This document shows, in pieces, positions 28,690-38,702 of a stretch of 64,000 bases of DNA. Each line of letters begins with the position of its first letter. Within the stretch, counting starts at the first letter, position 1. Both the position numbers and the translations under genes were made by a program. Under the pieces are notes generated by a model. It searched no databases. It saw only the letters and a program-made list of their open reading frames with translations, and was not told the DNA's origin. The DNA comes from Chthoniobacteraceae bacterium (GTDB lineage Bacteria; Verrucomicrobiota; Verrucomicrobiia; Chthoniobacterales; Chthoniobacteraceae): positions 32,001 to 96,000 of the forward strand of contig JANNWY010000195.1 in NCBI GenBank assembly GCA_031409335.1, in the 5' to 3' direction.

Positions 28690-31600
28690 ATGCTTAAACA
28701 GGCTGAAATTATCGTCAGGGAGGGCTCGAAAGCTCTCGCTGAATATCTCTTTGACCCCGGCAACTACGTCATCGGTCGCGATCCCTCTTGCGACATTTTG
28801 GTGAACAGTCTCGGCATTTCGCGCAAACACGCGCAACTTACGGTCACCGCTGACCGCCTCATCGTTCGGGATCTCGGCAGCACCAATGGCACCTATCTCG
28901 GCGAAGATCTCGTCGTCGGCGAGCAACCCGTGCTCCCGGGAAGTGCGATCCGCATCGGCACGCTGGGCAGCGTGGAAGTGCGGCTCGTGGATGCAAAAGT
29001 GCAGCCGCAAAATGGCAACGGGAACGGCAACGGGAACGGCCACGCGCAGGGCAATGGGAATGGCAACGGCAACGGCAGCGATCACGGGCAGTCGCGGATC
29101 GGGCAGTTGGAAAAGGCGATGGCTGAAGCGCAAAGCGAACGCGTCTCCGCGATCGGGCAAGTGGCGGAACTGCGCGCGCAATTGGACGCGGCCACACAGG
29201 AATTGGCCGCCGCGCGTTCCGAGACGCAGATGGGCTTTGAGAGTTCGGGGAAACTCGCGCGCGAAATGGAAGCGCAGACGGAAGAACTGGCCGCGCTGAA
29301 AACGACACACCGCGCGTTCACCGAAAAATATGAGATGGCGCTCGCCGAAAGCGATCACCTACGCGCCACTCACGAGAATCAGCGTCGAGAATGGGAAGAG
29401 CAGCGCGGCGTGCTCACGTCCCGCGTCCAGACTCTCGAGGCGGGTCAACGAGAGAGCGCCGTCGCGGCGCAGGCGCAACTCGGCGCGCTCCGGCAGGAAT
29501 CCGCCGACGTCCTGAAAGCGCGCGACGCGGCGCTGGCCGACGCGAGCCAGGAGCGCGAGGCGCATCGGACTTACCGGCAGCAAATGGCTGCGGAAATGGC
29601 GGAACTCCGCGAAAAAAATCAACGCCAGCTCGAAGTGCTCAATGCCGACTGGGAGCAAGTCATCACCGAGCGCGACGACGCGCTGCACCGCCTCGCGGAA
29701 AGCGGTGGCGAACTGCAAACTCGCATCGCCGCACTGCTCCGGGAGCGCGACGAAGCCAGGAAACTCGCGCAGGATCGGGAACAGAATCTCGCGGTTTCCA
29801 CCAAAGCGATCGAGGCGCTGAAACGCGAAGGGTCCGCGCTCACCCAGCAACGCGACGAGGCAGAGAAGGCGAAGGCGGCGCTCGGTGCCGAAGCCCAAGC
29901 AGCTCGACAGCAGCTTGCGGAAAGCGAGACGAACCATTCGCGGAAGATCGCGTCGCTGCAATGGGAGCGCGACGAACTCGAGAAGATGGCCCGCGCCGTC
30001 CAGGAGGAATTTGACCAGCATCGCGCCGCGATCACCCGCGAAAAATCCACGCTGAACGTCGAGGTGGCCACGCTCACCGATTCGCACAAGGCGCAGCTCG
30101 ACCAGATTTCCGCAGAACTCCAAGCTGCGGCGAAGGAGCGGGACGAAACCGCGCGCCAGTTTGCGGAATTCAAATCCGCCAGCCAAAAGCGGATGGCTGC
30201 AGTCACGAGTGAACGCGATGAGCTGACGAAAGCCGCGGGCGAACAACACGCCGAACTCCAGCGCCTCCGCGAAGAAGCCGCCCAAACCAAAACCGCGCTC
30301 TCCGGCGAAATGGCGGCGCTGGCCCAAACGCGCGACACGCAAATCGAGCAACTCACCAGCGAACGCGCCGAGGCCTTGCGCAAGTTTGCGGAACTCAAAA
30401 CGAGCAGCGAGCAGCAGTGCAATCTGCTGCGCACACAGCGCGATGAGTTTGAAAAAATCGCCAAAGCCGCCAAAGCCGAACGCGACCAGGCGGTGCAGGC
30501 GAAGGCCGAACTTTCCGGCGAAGTGACGACGCTCGCCGAAACGCGCACCGCGCAGCTCGCTCAACTCAAGAGCAGCAGCGAACAGCAACTCGCCGCGCTG
30601 CGGAAGGAGCGCGACGGATTTGAAAAAGCCGCCAAAGCGGCGCAGGCGGAACTCGTCCGCGACCGCGACGAAGCAGCGGGGATCAAGGCCGCACTTTCCG
30701 GCGAGATGGCAAATCGCTCGGCGCAAATCGAAAAAGTAGTCGGCGAGCGTGCCGCGGCTTTGCGCGAGATCGAGGAACTCAAGACCAGCAGCGGGCAGCA
30801 ACTCGCCGCGCTGCGAGAAGAGCGCGATGAATTTCAAAAGAACGCCAAAGCGGCGCAGGCAGAACTCGTCCGCGACCGCGATGAAGCAGCGGGGATCAAG
30901 GCCGCACTTTCCGGCGAGATGGCAAATCGCTCGGCGCAAATCGAAAAAGTAGTCGGCGAGCGTGCCGCAGCTTTGCGCGAGATCGAGGAACTCAAGGCGA
31001 GCCGCGAGCAACAACTCGCCGCCTTGCGCAACGAGCGCGATGAATTTGAAAAAGCCGCCCAAGCCCTGCGCTCGGAACTCGATCGCGAGCGTGGCGAGGC
31101 CGCGCAGACCAAAGCCGCGCTTTCCGGCGAGATGGCGACACTCAGCGAAACGCGCACGACGGAGCTCGAACGGCTCACCCAAGAACGTCAGGCCGCGCTC
31201 GAAGCGCGCGCGGAAACTCTGCTGCGGATCGAAGGGCTCAAGGCAGACAGCGAGCGACAATTCGCCGCGCTGCGCACGGAGCGCAGTGAGTTTGAAAAGA
31301 TCGCGAAGGCTGCGCAGGCGGAACTCAGCCGCGAACGCGAACAAGCAGCGCTGGCGCAGGCCACGCTTTCCGGCGAGATGACGACGCTCGTCGAAACGCG
31401 CACGGCGCAATTCGACGAATTGAAAAAGAGCAGCGGGCAGCACATCGCTGCACTGCAAAAGGAGCGCGATGAATTTCAAAAAACCGCCAAAGCCGCGCGG
31501 GCAGAACTCGATCGCGAACGCAGTCTGGCCGCTCAGGCGAAGGCTGCGCTTTCCGGCGAGATGGCGACACTCAGCGAAACGCGCACGATGGAGATCGAAC

Positions 31601-34600
31601 GGCTCACCCAAGAACGTCAGGCCGCGCTCGAAGCGCGCGCGGAAACTCTGCTGCGGATCGAAGGGCTCAAGGCGGACAGCGAGCGACAATTCGCCGCGCT
31701 GCGCACGGAGCGCAATGAGTTTGAAAAGAACGCGAATGCCGCGCAGGCGGAACTCAGCCGCGAACGCGAACAAGCTGCACAGGCGAAGGCGGCGCTCTCG
31801 GGCGAAGTGGCGACGCTGATCGAAACGCACACCGCGCAGATCCAGCAGCTCACCAACGAGCGGGCCGAAACGCTGCGCCGAATCGAGGAACTGAAGACGA
31901 ACAGCGAGCGGGAACTCGCTGCGTTGCGCGCGGAGCGGGATGAACTCGGCGCGCGTGAACGCGATGCTCAGGGCAAAATCGCCGCGATGGCGCGTGCGGT
32001 CGAGAGTGGCGAACGCGAGATCGCGGCGCTCACCCGGCAGCGTGGGGAGATCGAGAGCGACCGGGCCGCGACATCCGATCAACTCGCGAAGCTCGCCGAT
32101 GCGCACAAGGCGCAATTGGAGTCGATCGCCGCCGAGCGCGTGGCGCTCATTGCCGAACGCGACAAGGCCGTCGCGCGCATCGCCACGATCTCCGAAGTCC
32201 ACCAGCGCAATCTCGATGAACATCACAAGGGACGCCTCGCGCTGACCGCCGAGCGCGACCGGGCTTTTGCGCAATTCGGGGACCTGCGCACGGCGCTGGA
32301 GAACGAAATCTCGAGCATCAAGGAAGATCGCTCCGCGGCCATCCGCGAACTCGAGCAGGGCCTCGCGCGGCTCACGGATCTCAATGCCGCGCAGAATATC
32401 CAGATCGAAGCGCTGACCATCGAACGCGACAACGCGCTCTCCACGGGCACGCTCGAAGTCGCCGCCGTGGCGCGGGCGAACGAAGCGCGCAAAAAGGAAA
32501 TTGCCGCGCTCGAAGCGCAGCGCGACGCCCTTGCGAAGGAAAAAGAGGAGGCGGTGCGGCAGTTCACGCGGCAGATCGCCGGACTCGAAGCGCGGGCGAA
32601 AGGCGCGGCGAATGAAGCCGCGAAACAACTCGCAGCGAAAGAAACGGAACTCGCGGAATGGCGCGAATCCGTCACCTCGCTCGGCGCGCAAATCGCGGCG
32701 GTGAGCCATCAGCGGGACGAAGCGAATACGGCTTTGAGCAAAGCCACGGACGATCGGGCGAAGCAGGCGGAAGCGTTCGACGCCGAGCGCCAGACTGCGC
32801 GCCGCGAGTCGGACGAGACGGCGGCGCGATTCGCGGCGGGCCGCGAGGATTTGCAAAAACAAATCGCCGCGCTGAACGAGCAGAGCGCCGTGATCGCGCG
32901 GGAACGTGACGAAGCGCGGAACCGGATCGCCGAACTCGCGAATACGCACGCGACCCGGATCGCCACCTTTGAAGCGGAACGCGCCGCCGTGCGACAGGAG
33001 CGAGATCAAGCTGCCGCGCAGGCTGCGGAACTCGCCGCGGAGCAGCGTCGGCAAATCGAGGCGCTGACCGATCAACGCGAGCGGCTCATTGGCGAACGCG
33101 ACCGGGCGCTCGCGCATTTTTCCGAAATCTCCGACAGCCATCGGCAGCAACTCGTGGCGGGTGAAACCGAACGGCTCAGCCTCATCGGGTCGCGCGACCA
33201 GACCGTTTCGCAGATCGAACAAATCCGCGCGAATCACGAAGGGCAGATCGCAGCGCTCGACGAGACGCATCGCGCGGCGATTCGTGAACACGACGCGGCG
33301 CTGGGGCGGATGTCGGAATTAAGCGAAGCGCAGCAGCGGCAAATCGAATCGCTGATCGGCGAGCGGAATCTCCTCGTCAGCAGGCTGGAAGAAGCGGAGC
33401 GCCGCTCGGCGACCGAGGCGCAATCGCTGCGGCAAAATCTGAAAGCGATCGATGTCGAGCGTGGTCGCGTGGTCGGCGAGCGCACGGCGACGGCGAAGGA
33501 ACTTGGCCGGGTCATCGACGAGCAAAAAGCGCGCATCGAGCAGCTCACGCAGCAGGGCGCTTTTCTCACCAAAGAGCGCGACGAAGCGCTGGCCCGCATC
33601 GAAACGCTGACCGCCGACCGGCGGCGCGAAGCCGAGGAAAGTGCCGCGCAACACGCCGACGCCCTGCGCGACCGCGACGAGACGCTCGCGCGATTCACGG
33701 CGCTCTGCGAAGAGCACGCGAGCACCGCGGCCAATCTCGGCCAGCAGCGCGAGGCAGTCGTCGCCGAGCGGGATCACGCGCTGGCGCAATCGCTCCAGCA
33801 GCGCGAGGAGCATTTCCGCGAAATCGAAACGCTACGGGGCGAGCATCGTGGCGCGCTGGAAAAACGCGACGCGGCGGTCAGCCGGTTGCAGGGAATCATC
33901 GACGCGCAAAAGCGGCAGATGGACGGGCTCGCGGCCGATGGCGCGAGCATTCGCACCGATCGCGATGCGCAAATGACGAGCGTGCGCGCCGAGCTTTCCG
34001 CCGCGATCAAGGATCGCGACCAGACCATCGCCGAAATGCTCCGCGCGAATGAATCGCAGAGCGAACGCATCGCGCTGCTGAACACGCAGATCGACGGCTT
34101 GAATCGCGGCAAGGAAGAGTCCGCCGCCGGCCTGCAACAACTCCGGCAAACGCACAAGGAGCAGACGGAATTTTTCGAGAACGAACGCGCCGGCCTGCTC
34201 AAGGCGCGCGGCGAAGCGATCGAGCGGCTCACTGCCGTCGTCACCGCGCAGCAGGAGCAAATCGCCGCCGCGCAGCAGCAGCGGGAGATGCTGCTGGGCG
34301 AGCGGGATGAAATGCGCGGGCAGTTCGCGGAAGTCAGCGCCGCGCACACGCGGCAGATCGAAACGCTGCTCGCGGAGAAGGATCAGCCGCAGGCGCTTTT
34401 CGCGCAGCTCAGCGGCTCGCACCGCGAGCATGTCGAGACGCTTTCGCTGAACGTGGACGCGCTGCGCAAGGAGCGGGATCAGGCGTTTGCGCAGTTTGAA
34501 AAAATCAACGAGGCGCAGAAAACGCAGATCGAAACGCTCGTGCGGCAGCGGGATTACACGCTCGCGGAAGGCGAGGAGGCGCGGGCGCAACTCACCGGCG

Positions 34601-37446
34601 TCAACACCGCGCAAGCGAAGCAGATCAAATCGCTGGAGCGCGAACGCGCCGCAGTGATCCGGGAGAAAGATCAGGCGCTGGCGCGGCTGGCGGAGGTGAA
34701 CAAGGCGCAGACCGCGCAGATCGCTTCGCTCACGCGGCAACACGCTGATTTTGTCAAAGAGAAGGACGCCGCCCTGAAACGCGCGGCGCAGACGGCGGAC
34801 GCGCAAAAGCGGCAGATCGAGTCGCTCGAAACCGCGCACGCTGTCGCCGCGCGAGAAAGCGAACAAGCCCTCGCGCGACTGACCACGCTCGGTGAATCGC
34901 ACACACTCCAAATCACCTCCGCCGAGACAGAACGCGCGTCGGCGATTCAGGCCCGCGACGAAGCCGCCGCCGAACTGGCGCGCGTGAACGAAGCGCAGCT
35001 CCGGCAGTTGGAGTCGCTGAAAAAACAAAGCGAACAAATCGCGAAGGAACGCGATGGCCTCGCCGCAAAACTCGCGAAGGATCAAAAAACAAAGCAGGCG
35101 GCAGTCGCAAAATTTGCCGTGGAGAAGACCGCTCTTTTCGCCGATCGCGATGCGGCGATTGCAAAGTTCAAGGAGGCGAACGCAGCGCAGAAAAAGCTGA
35201 ACGAATCGCTCACGATCGAGCGCGAAAACGTGCGCCAGGAGCGCGACCAACTTCGCGCGGAACTCGCGCAAGCGGTCGATGCCCACAAGACGCAGCTCGA
35301 CGCGCTGGCGGAACAGCGGAACGCCGCGCTGAAAGATCACGAGGCGGTCCTCGCGCGCTTTACCGAGATGAATGCGGCGCAGGCGAAGCAGATCGAATCG
35401 CTCCAGCTTCACCGCGCCTCCGTTTCCAAAGAGCAGGCGGCTGACGCGCCACGGCTGCAGGAAATCGCCAAAGCGCAGCAGACCCAGATCGAATCACTGG
35501 GCAAGGAGCGCGATGCGGTCGTGCGGGAGAAAGAAGCGTCCATCGCGGAGATCAGTCGCGTGAATGCGGCGCAGCAACAGCAGCTCGGCGCCCTCGTCGA
35601 AGACCGCGCCAGCCTCATCACCGCACGCGATGCGGCGCAGGCGAAGTGGAAGGAAATGCAGACCGCGCAGGTGGCGCAGATCGCTTCGCTCACGGGCCAG
35701 CTCACCGAGTCGAATGCGGAGCGCACGAAGGCGCTCGACCAACTCGCGCAGGTGAACGCCGTGCAGCAAAAGCGCATCGAAACGCTGAGCACCGAACGCG
35801 AGGCGGCGAGGGCGGAGATCGCGCGCCTTCAGGAAACCCATCGCGGCGAAATCGAAAGCATCCATGCCCGGCACTCCGGCGCGGCCAAGGCACTGATCGA
35901 ACTTCAAGCCGACCGGGAAAAGGCGCTGCGCGACCGGGACGAAGCCAACGCCCTGAGTGTCCGCGCGAAAGAGAATCACCTCAAGCAACTCAACGCGCTC
36001 ACCAGCGAACGCGACACGCTGCTGCACGAGCGCGACCGCGCCCTCGTCCGCCTCGAGAGCCTGGCGGAAACGCACAAGGGCGACGTGGGAGCGGTTGCGC
36101 TGCGCACCGATTCGCTGCGCTCCGAAATCGCGGCGCTCACGGAAAAACACCGGCACACGGTCGCCGAACGGGACGAGCTGCAGGAGCGGATCGAACGACT
36201 GAAAGACGCCAACTTAAAACAAGTGGCAGAACTCGGGCAGGAACGCCTCACCATCGTGGAAGAGCGCGACCGGGCGCTGATCCATCTCGAAAATTCCGAG
36301 CAAAAAGTTGCCGATGTTTCAGCCACGCTGGAGAAGGAGCGTGACTACTTTAACAAGGAGCGGGAAAAAGCGTTCACCCTGCTCGACGAGGCCAGGAATG
36401 CGCGGCATCGCGTGGAGCAAATCCTCGATGAGAAATCCGCTTTTGCCCAGGAACTCACCCACGCTCAGGAAGCGCTGCACAGCCTCGCGGCGGCAACACC
36501 GGAGAAATCCGAAACCACGGTGAAGCTCGAAAAACTGCTCGCGGGTTTGAAAGCAAAACTCGCCGGCGCACGCCAGACCACCAGTGAAACCGCGAACCTC
36601 GCGGCCTTCCAACTGTCCCCCGCCGAGAAACTGCTCTCGCGGCACAAATACAAAATCGAGCGCGGCCAGTCGGACGAACAGACGCCCGGCGTCTGCCGTG
36701 CGCGCGACGTGAATATCGACCGCACCGTCGCGATGAAACTCGCCGGTGAAAAACCCGAAACACGCGACCAGTCCATCGCGGAACTCATCGCCGAAGCGCG
36801 GATCATCGGGCAGTTGGAACACCCGAACATCCAATCCATCCATGAACTGAGCGTGAATGAAAACGGGAACGCCTTTTACACCGCCCGGCCAATGAAGGGC
36901 ACGAGTCTCGCGAAGATTCTCGACGATCTCGCCGCGAAGAAAAACAGCGCGATCGTGCGCTACAATCTCAAGCGCCTGCTCGCCATCTTCGACCGGGTCT
37001 GCGACGCGCTGGCGTTCGCCCATTCCGAAGGCATCGCCCACGGCCTGCTCAGCGCGCAGACCATCGTGGTCGGCGACTTCGGCGAAGTTCTCGTGACCGG
37101 CTGGGAACGGGCCAAAAAAATCCGCCAGGAAAACGTCGGCACGTATGAAGCCGACATCCGCGCCGACATCGCCGCGCTCGCCGATTTACTCCTCCACATG
37201 CTCACGCTCACCCCGCCGGTGCCCGGCGAGAAGAAGCCAAAAGTGAAGCTCGCCGCGAGTTGGAAAGTTCCGAAAGGTCTCTTGAAACTGACGCTGCGCA
37301 TCCTGCGCGACCGCGGTGCGACGGCGTATCCGAGAGTCACGCAATTGCAGACGGACGTGGAAGATTTCCGCGACGACCTCGGGCCGCGCGGCGGCCGGGC
37401 GTCCGCGTTCGATCGGGTCAAACAATCGCTGCAACGCTGGCAGTAA
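28690..37446 (+). CDS. Giant FHA - coiled-coil - Ser/Thr pseudokinase protein (~2920 aa)
   Basis: FHA (IGRD..SRKH..DLGSTNGT), (GN)n linker, ~2500 aa of A/E/Q/R/L-rich Pro-poor helix, and a C-terminal Hanks-type fold (VAMK, EARIIGQLEHPNI, VCDALAFAHS) lacking HRD/DFG. Start ATG 28690 (28636 possible). Confidence 0.9.
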   Translation: MLKQAEIIVREGSKALAEYLFDPGNYVIGRDPSCDILVNSLGISRKHAQLTVTADRLIVRDLGSTNGTYLGEDLVVGEQPVLPGSAIRIGTLGSVEVRLVDAKVQPQNGNGNGNGNGHAQGNGNGNGNGSDHGQSRIGQLEKAMAEAQSERVSAIGQVAELRAQLDAATQELAAARSETQMGFESSGKLAREMEAQTEELAALKTTHRAFTEKYEMALAESDHLRATHENQRREWEEQRGVLTSRVQTLEAGQRESAVAAQAQLGALRQESADVLKARDAALADASQEREAHRTYRQQMAAEMAELREKNQRQLEVLNADWEQVITERDDALHRLAESGGELQTRIAALLRERDEARKLAQDREQNLAVSTKAIEALKREGSALTQQRDEAEKAKAALGAEAQAARQQLAESETNHSRKIASLQWERDELEKMARAVQEEFDQHRAAITREKSTLNVEVATLTDSHKAQLDQISAELQAAAKERDETARQFAEFKSASQKRMAAVTSERDELTKAAGEQHAELQRLREEAAQTKTALSGEMAALAQTRDTQIEQLTSERAEALRKFAELKTSSEQQCNLLRTQRDEFEKIAKAAKAERDQAVQAKAELSGEVTTLAETRTAQLAQLKSSSEQQLAALRKERDGFEKAAKAAQAELVRDRDEAAGIKAALSGEMANRSAQIEKVVGERAAALREIEELKTSSGQQLAALREERDEFQKNAKAAQAELVRDRDEAAGIKAALSGEMANRSAQIEKVVGERAAALREIEELKASREQQLAALRNERDEFEKAAQALRSELDRERGEAAQTKAALSGEMATLSETRTTELERLTQERQAALEARAETLLRIEGLKADSERQFAALRTERSEFEKIAKAAQAELSREREQAALAQATLSGEMTTLVETRTAQFDELKKSSGQHIAALQKERDEFQKTAKAARAELDRERSLAAQAKAALSGEMATLSETRTMEIERLTQERQAALEARAETLLRIEGLKADSERQFAALRTERNEFEKNANAAQAELSREREQAAQAKAALSGEVATLIETHTAQIQQLTNERAETLRRIEELKTNSERELAALRAERDELGARERDAQGKIAAMARAVESGEREIAALTRQRGEIESDRAATSDQLAKLADAHKAQLESIAAERVALIAERDKAVARIATISEVHQRNLDEHHKGRLALTAERDRAFAQFGDLRTALENEISSIKEDRSAAIRELEQGLARLTDLNAAQNIQIEALTIERDNALSTGTLEVAAVARANEARKKEIAALEAQRDALAKEKEEAVRQFTRQIAGLEARAKGAANEAAKQLAAKETELAEWRESVTSLGAQIAAVSHQRDEANTALSKATDDRAKQAEAFDAERQTARRESDETAARFAAGREDLQKQIAALNEQSAVIARERDEARNRIAELANTHATRIATFEAERAAVRQERDQAAAQAAELAAEQRRQIEALTDQRERLIGERDRALAHFSEISDSHRQQLVAGETERLSLIGSRDQTVSQIEQIRANHEGQIAALDETHRAAIREHDAALGRMSELSEAQQRQIESLIGERNLLVSRLEEAERRSATEAQSLRQNLKAIDVERGRVVGERTATAKELGRVIDEQKARIEQLTQQGAFLTKERDEALARIETLTADRRREAEESAAQHADALRDRDETLARFTALCEEHASTAANLGQQREAVVAERDHALAQSLQQREEHFREIETLRGEHRGALEKRDAAVSRLQGIIDAQKRQMDGLAADGASIRTDRDAQMTSVRAELSAAIKDRDQTIAEMLRANESQSERIALLNTQIDGLNRGKEESAAGLQQLRQTHKEQTEFFENERAGLLKARGEAIERLTAVVTAQQEQIAAAQQQREMLLGERDEMRGQFAEVSAAHTRQIETLLAEKDQPQALFAQLSGSHREHVETLSLNVDALRKERDQAFAQFEKINEAQKTQIETLVRQRDYTLAEGEEARAQLTGVNTAQAKQIKSLERERAAVIREKDQALARLAEVNKAQTAQIASLTRQHADFVKEKDAALKRAAQTADAQKRQIESLETAHAVAARESEQALARLTTLGESHTLQITSAETERASAIQARDEAAAELARVNEAQLRQLESLKKQSEQIAKERDGLAAKLAKDQKTKQAAVAKFAVEKTALFADRDAAIAKFKEANAAQKKLNESLTIERENVRQERDQLRAELAQAVDAHKTQLDALAEQRNAALKDHEAVLARFTEMNAAQAKQIESLQLHRASVSKEQAADAPRLQEIAKAQQTQIESLGKERDAVVREKEASIAEISRVNAAQQQQLGALVEDRASLITARDAAQAKWKEMQTAQVAQIASLTGQLTESNAERTKALDQLAQVNAVQQKRIETLSTEREAARAEIARLQETHRGEIESIHARHSGAAKALIELQADREKALRDRDEANALSVRAKENHLKQLNALTSERDTLLHERDRALVRLESLAETHKGDVGAVALRTDSLRSEIAALTEKHRHTVAERDELQERIERLKDANLKQVAELGQERLTIVEERDRALIHLENSEQKVADVSATLEKERDYFNKEREKAFTLLDEARNARHRVEQILDEKSAFAQELTHAQEALHSLAAATPEKSETTVKLEKLLAGLKAKLAGARQTTSETANLAAFQLSPAEKLLSRHKYKIERGQSDEQTPGVCRARDVNIDRTVAMKLAGEKPETRDQSIAELIAEARIIGQLEHPNIQSIHELSVNENGNAFYTARPMKGTSLAKILDDLAAKKNSAIVRYNLKRLLAIFDRVCDALAFAHSEGIAHGLLSAQTIVVGDFGEVLVTGWERAKKIRQENVGTYEADIRADIAALADLLLHMLTLTPPVPGEKKPKVKLAASWKVPKGLLKLTLRILRDRGATAYPRVTQLQTDVEDFRDDLGPRGGRASAFDRVKQSLQRWQ
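30568..31730 (+). repeat. Intragenic tandem repeats in the coiled-coil gene
   Basis: 213-bp units start at 30568, 30781 and 30994, the first two nearly identical. A ~180-bp near-identical block recurs 429 bp apart (ATGGCGACA at 31132 and 31561). Confidence 0.85.
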
Positions 37447-37515
37447 GCGGAAGCGCCGGAGGATTCACCGCCAAAAAAATTGCGATCCGTGCCGCTTGCA
37501 CGTTCGGAGTGATCC

Positions 37516-37730
37516 GATTTCCACAGACTCTCTGCGTGGAGGGAGAACGTCCAAGCATGAAAGCCGAAGGCCTTGGACTGCGGTGATTCCTTCACCGCTC
37601 TCGCAGAGCACGGCGCGTCATCGTCCGGTGACGCTTTTTCCCAAAGCGGTGAAGGAATCACCGCAGTCCAAGAGCCTTCGGCTTTCATGCTTGGGCGCTC
37701 CACTTTCAAACAGAAGAGTCCGTGGAAATC
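37516..37730. repeat. Nested REPIN-like palindrome between convergent genes
   Basis: Inner arms 37551-37599 and 37645-37694 are reverse complements with one indel. Outer arms are GATTTCCACAGACTCT (37516-37531) and AGAGTCCGTGGAAATC (37715-37730). Same family as 57826-57932. Confidence 0.9.
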
Positions 37731-37733
37731 GTG

Positions 37734-38702
37734 TTACGGACGCTGGAATTTGAAAGTCGGCTTCGTCATCGTGGAAACGTAAACAATGTCGGCGCGCGGG
37801 TCCCACGCGAAGTTTGGCCCGACGCGGGCAATGGCGAATCCTGCGGGCAGCGGAGCAGCCAAACTGAACGACATACCGCCGTCTTTCGTTTCAAGAAATC
37901 CAGCCTGGCCGACCACGACGTAGTGCTGCTCCGACTCCCCGAACATTGGGCCGTAGATCATGCTGTATGGCTTGTCCTGACTACCGGGTGCGCTTCGGTT
38001 CCATGTCGCACCTTGGTCCCTGCTGGTAAGGATGCCCGTGCCATCGCACCAATAGACGATGCCTTTGAATACGACGGGCACGGCGGAGGAGGGCGTCTCG
38101 GCGAAAACTTGCGCCCATGTCACGCCAGCGTCGGTGCTGCGAAAGATTCCCGGTTCTTTTTCCTTTGTGGCGACGAACGTGGTCCGATCAAAAATGCCGC
38201 AACCGCTGAAACCCTTGGCGAGGTCCTTCCACGTCGCGCCGCCATCGTCGCTCGTCGTGAGCAGCCCGCCGCTTTCGTGACGAATCGCGAGGAGTCGCCG
38301 GCCCGTGTCCGCCCAATCCACCGCCCCAAAATCGAGGTGCGATGTTTTGAATTTCGCCCACGTCTTTCCGCCATCGGTCGTAATCGCGCTGTCGCCGTAG
38401 ATCATGAAACACGCGAGCCGCTTTCCCGCCGGATCAGCCTGCAAGGCCCAGCCAGTCTCGCAGCGTCCTCCGATGGCCTTGTCGTCGCATCGCGCGAACG
38501 TCCCGCCGTGATCGCCGCTGCGCCAGAGCCCGAGATCGCTGATGACCATGAAGACATCGCCGCTCACGCGATCGGCAACCACGCCCGCAGTCGGTCCGCC
38601 ATAGCCAGGTTTCAATGGACTCGTGACGGGATCGGAAATGTTCACCCATTCGCCCGCGAAAGCGCTGGCAGTCAGTGCGAGCAGGAGGGAAAGCGTCTTC
38701 AT
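37734..38702 (-). CDS. Secreted BNR/Asp-box repeat beta-propeller (YCF48/sialidase-like)
   Basis: Signal MKTLSLLLALTASAFA; Asp-boxes SGDHGGTF, TTDGGKTW, SDDGGATW, STDAGVTW, SRDQGATW, TKDGGMSF. Confidence 0.85.
   Translation of the reverse strand: MKTLSLLLALTASAFAGEWVNISDPVTSPLKPGYGGPTAGVVADRVSGDVFMVISDLGLWRSGDHGGTFARCDDKAIGGRCETGWALQADPAGKRLACFMIYGDSAITTDGGKTWAKFKTSHLDFGAVDWADTGRRLLAIRHESGGLLTTSDDGGATWKDLAKGFSGCGIFDRTTFVATKEKEPGIFRSTDAGVTWAQVFAETPSSAVPVVFKGIVYWCDGTGILTSRDQGATWNRSAPGSQDKPYSMIYGPMFGESEQHYVVVGQAGFLETKDGGMSFSLAAPLPAGFAIARVGPNFAWDPRADIVYVSTMTKPTFKFQRP

Noticed and set aside
29011..29076. GGCAAC-type repeat as a phase-variation tract
   Set aside because: In-frame, synonymous-varied hexamers encoding a Gly-Asn linker; slippage would not shift the frame.
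29359..35412. Long minus-strand ORFs (1310 aa, 526 aa) opposite the coiled-coil gene
   Set aside because: Antisense shadows produced by codon bias in a GC-rich repetitive gene; no motifs.
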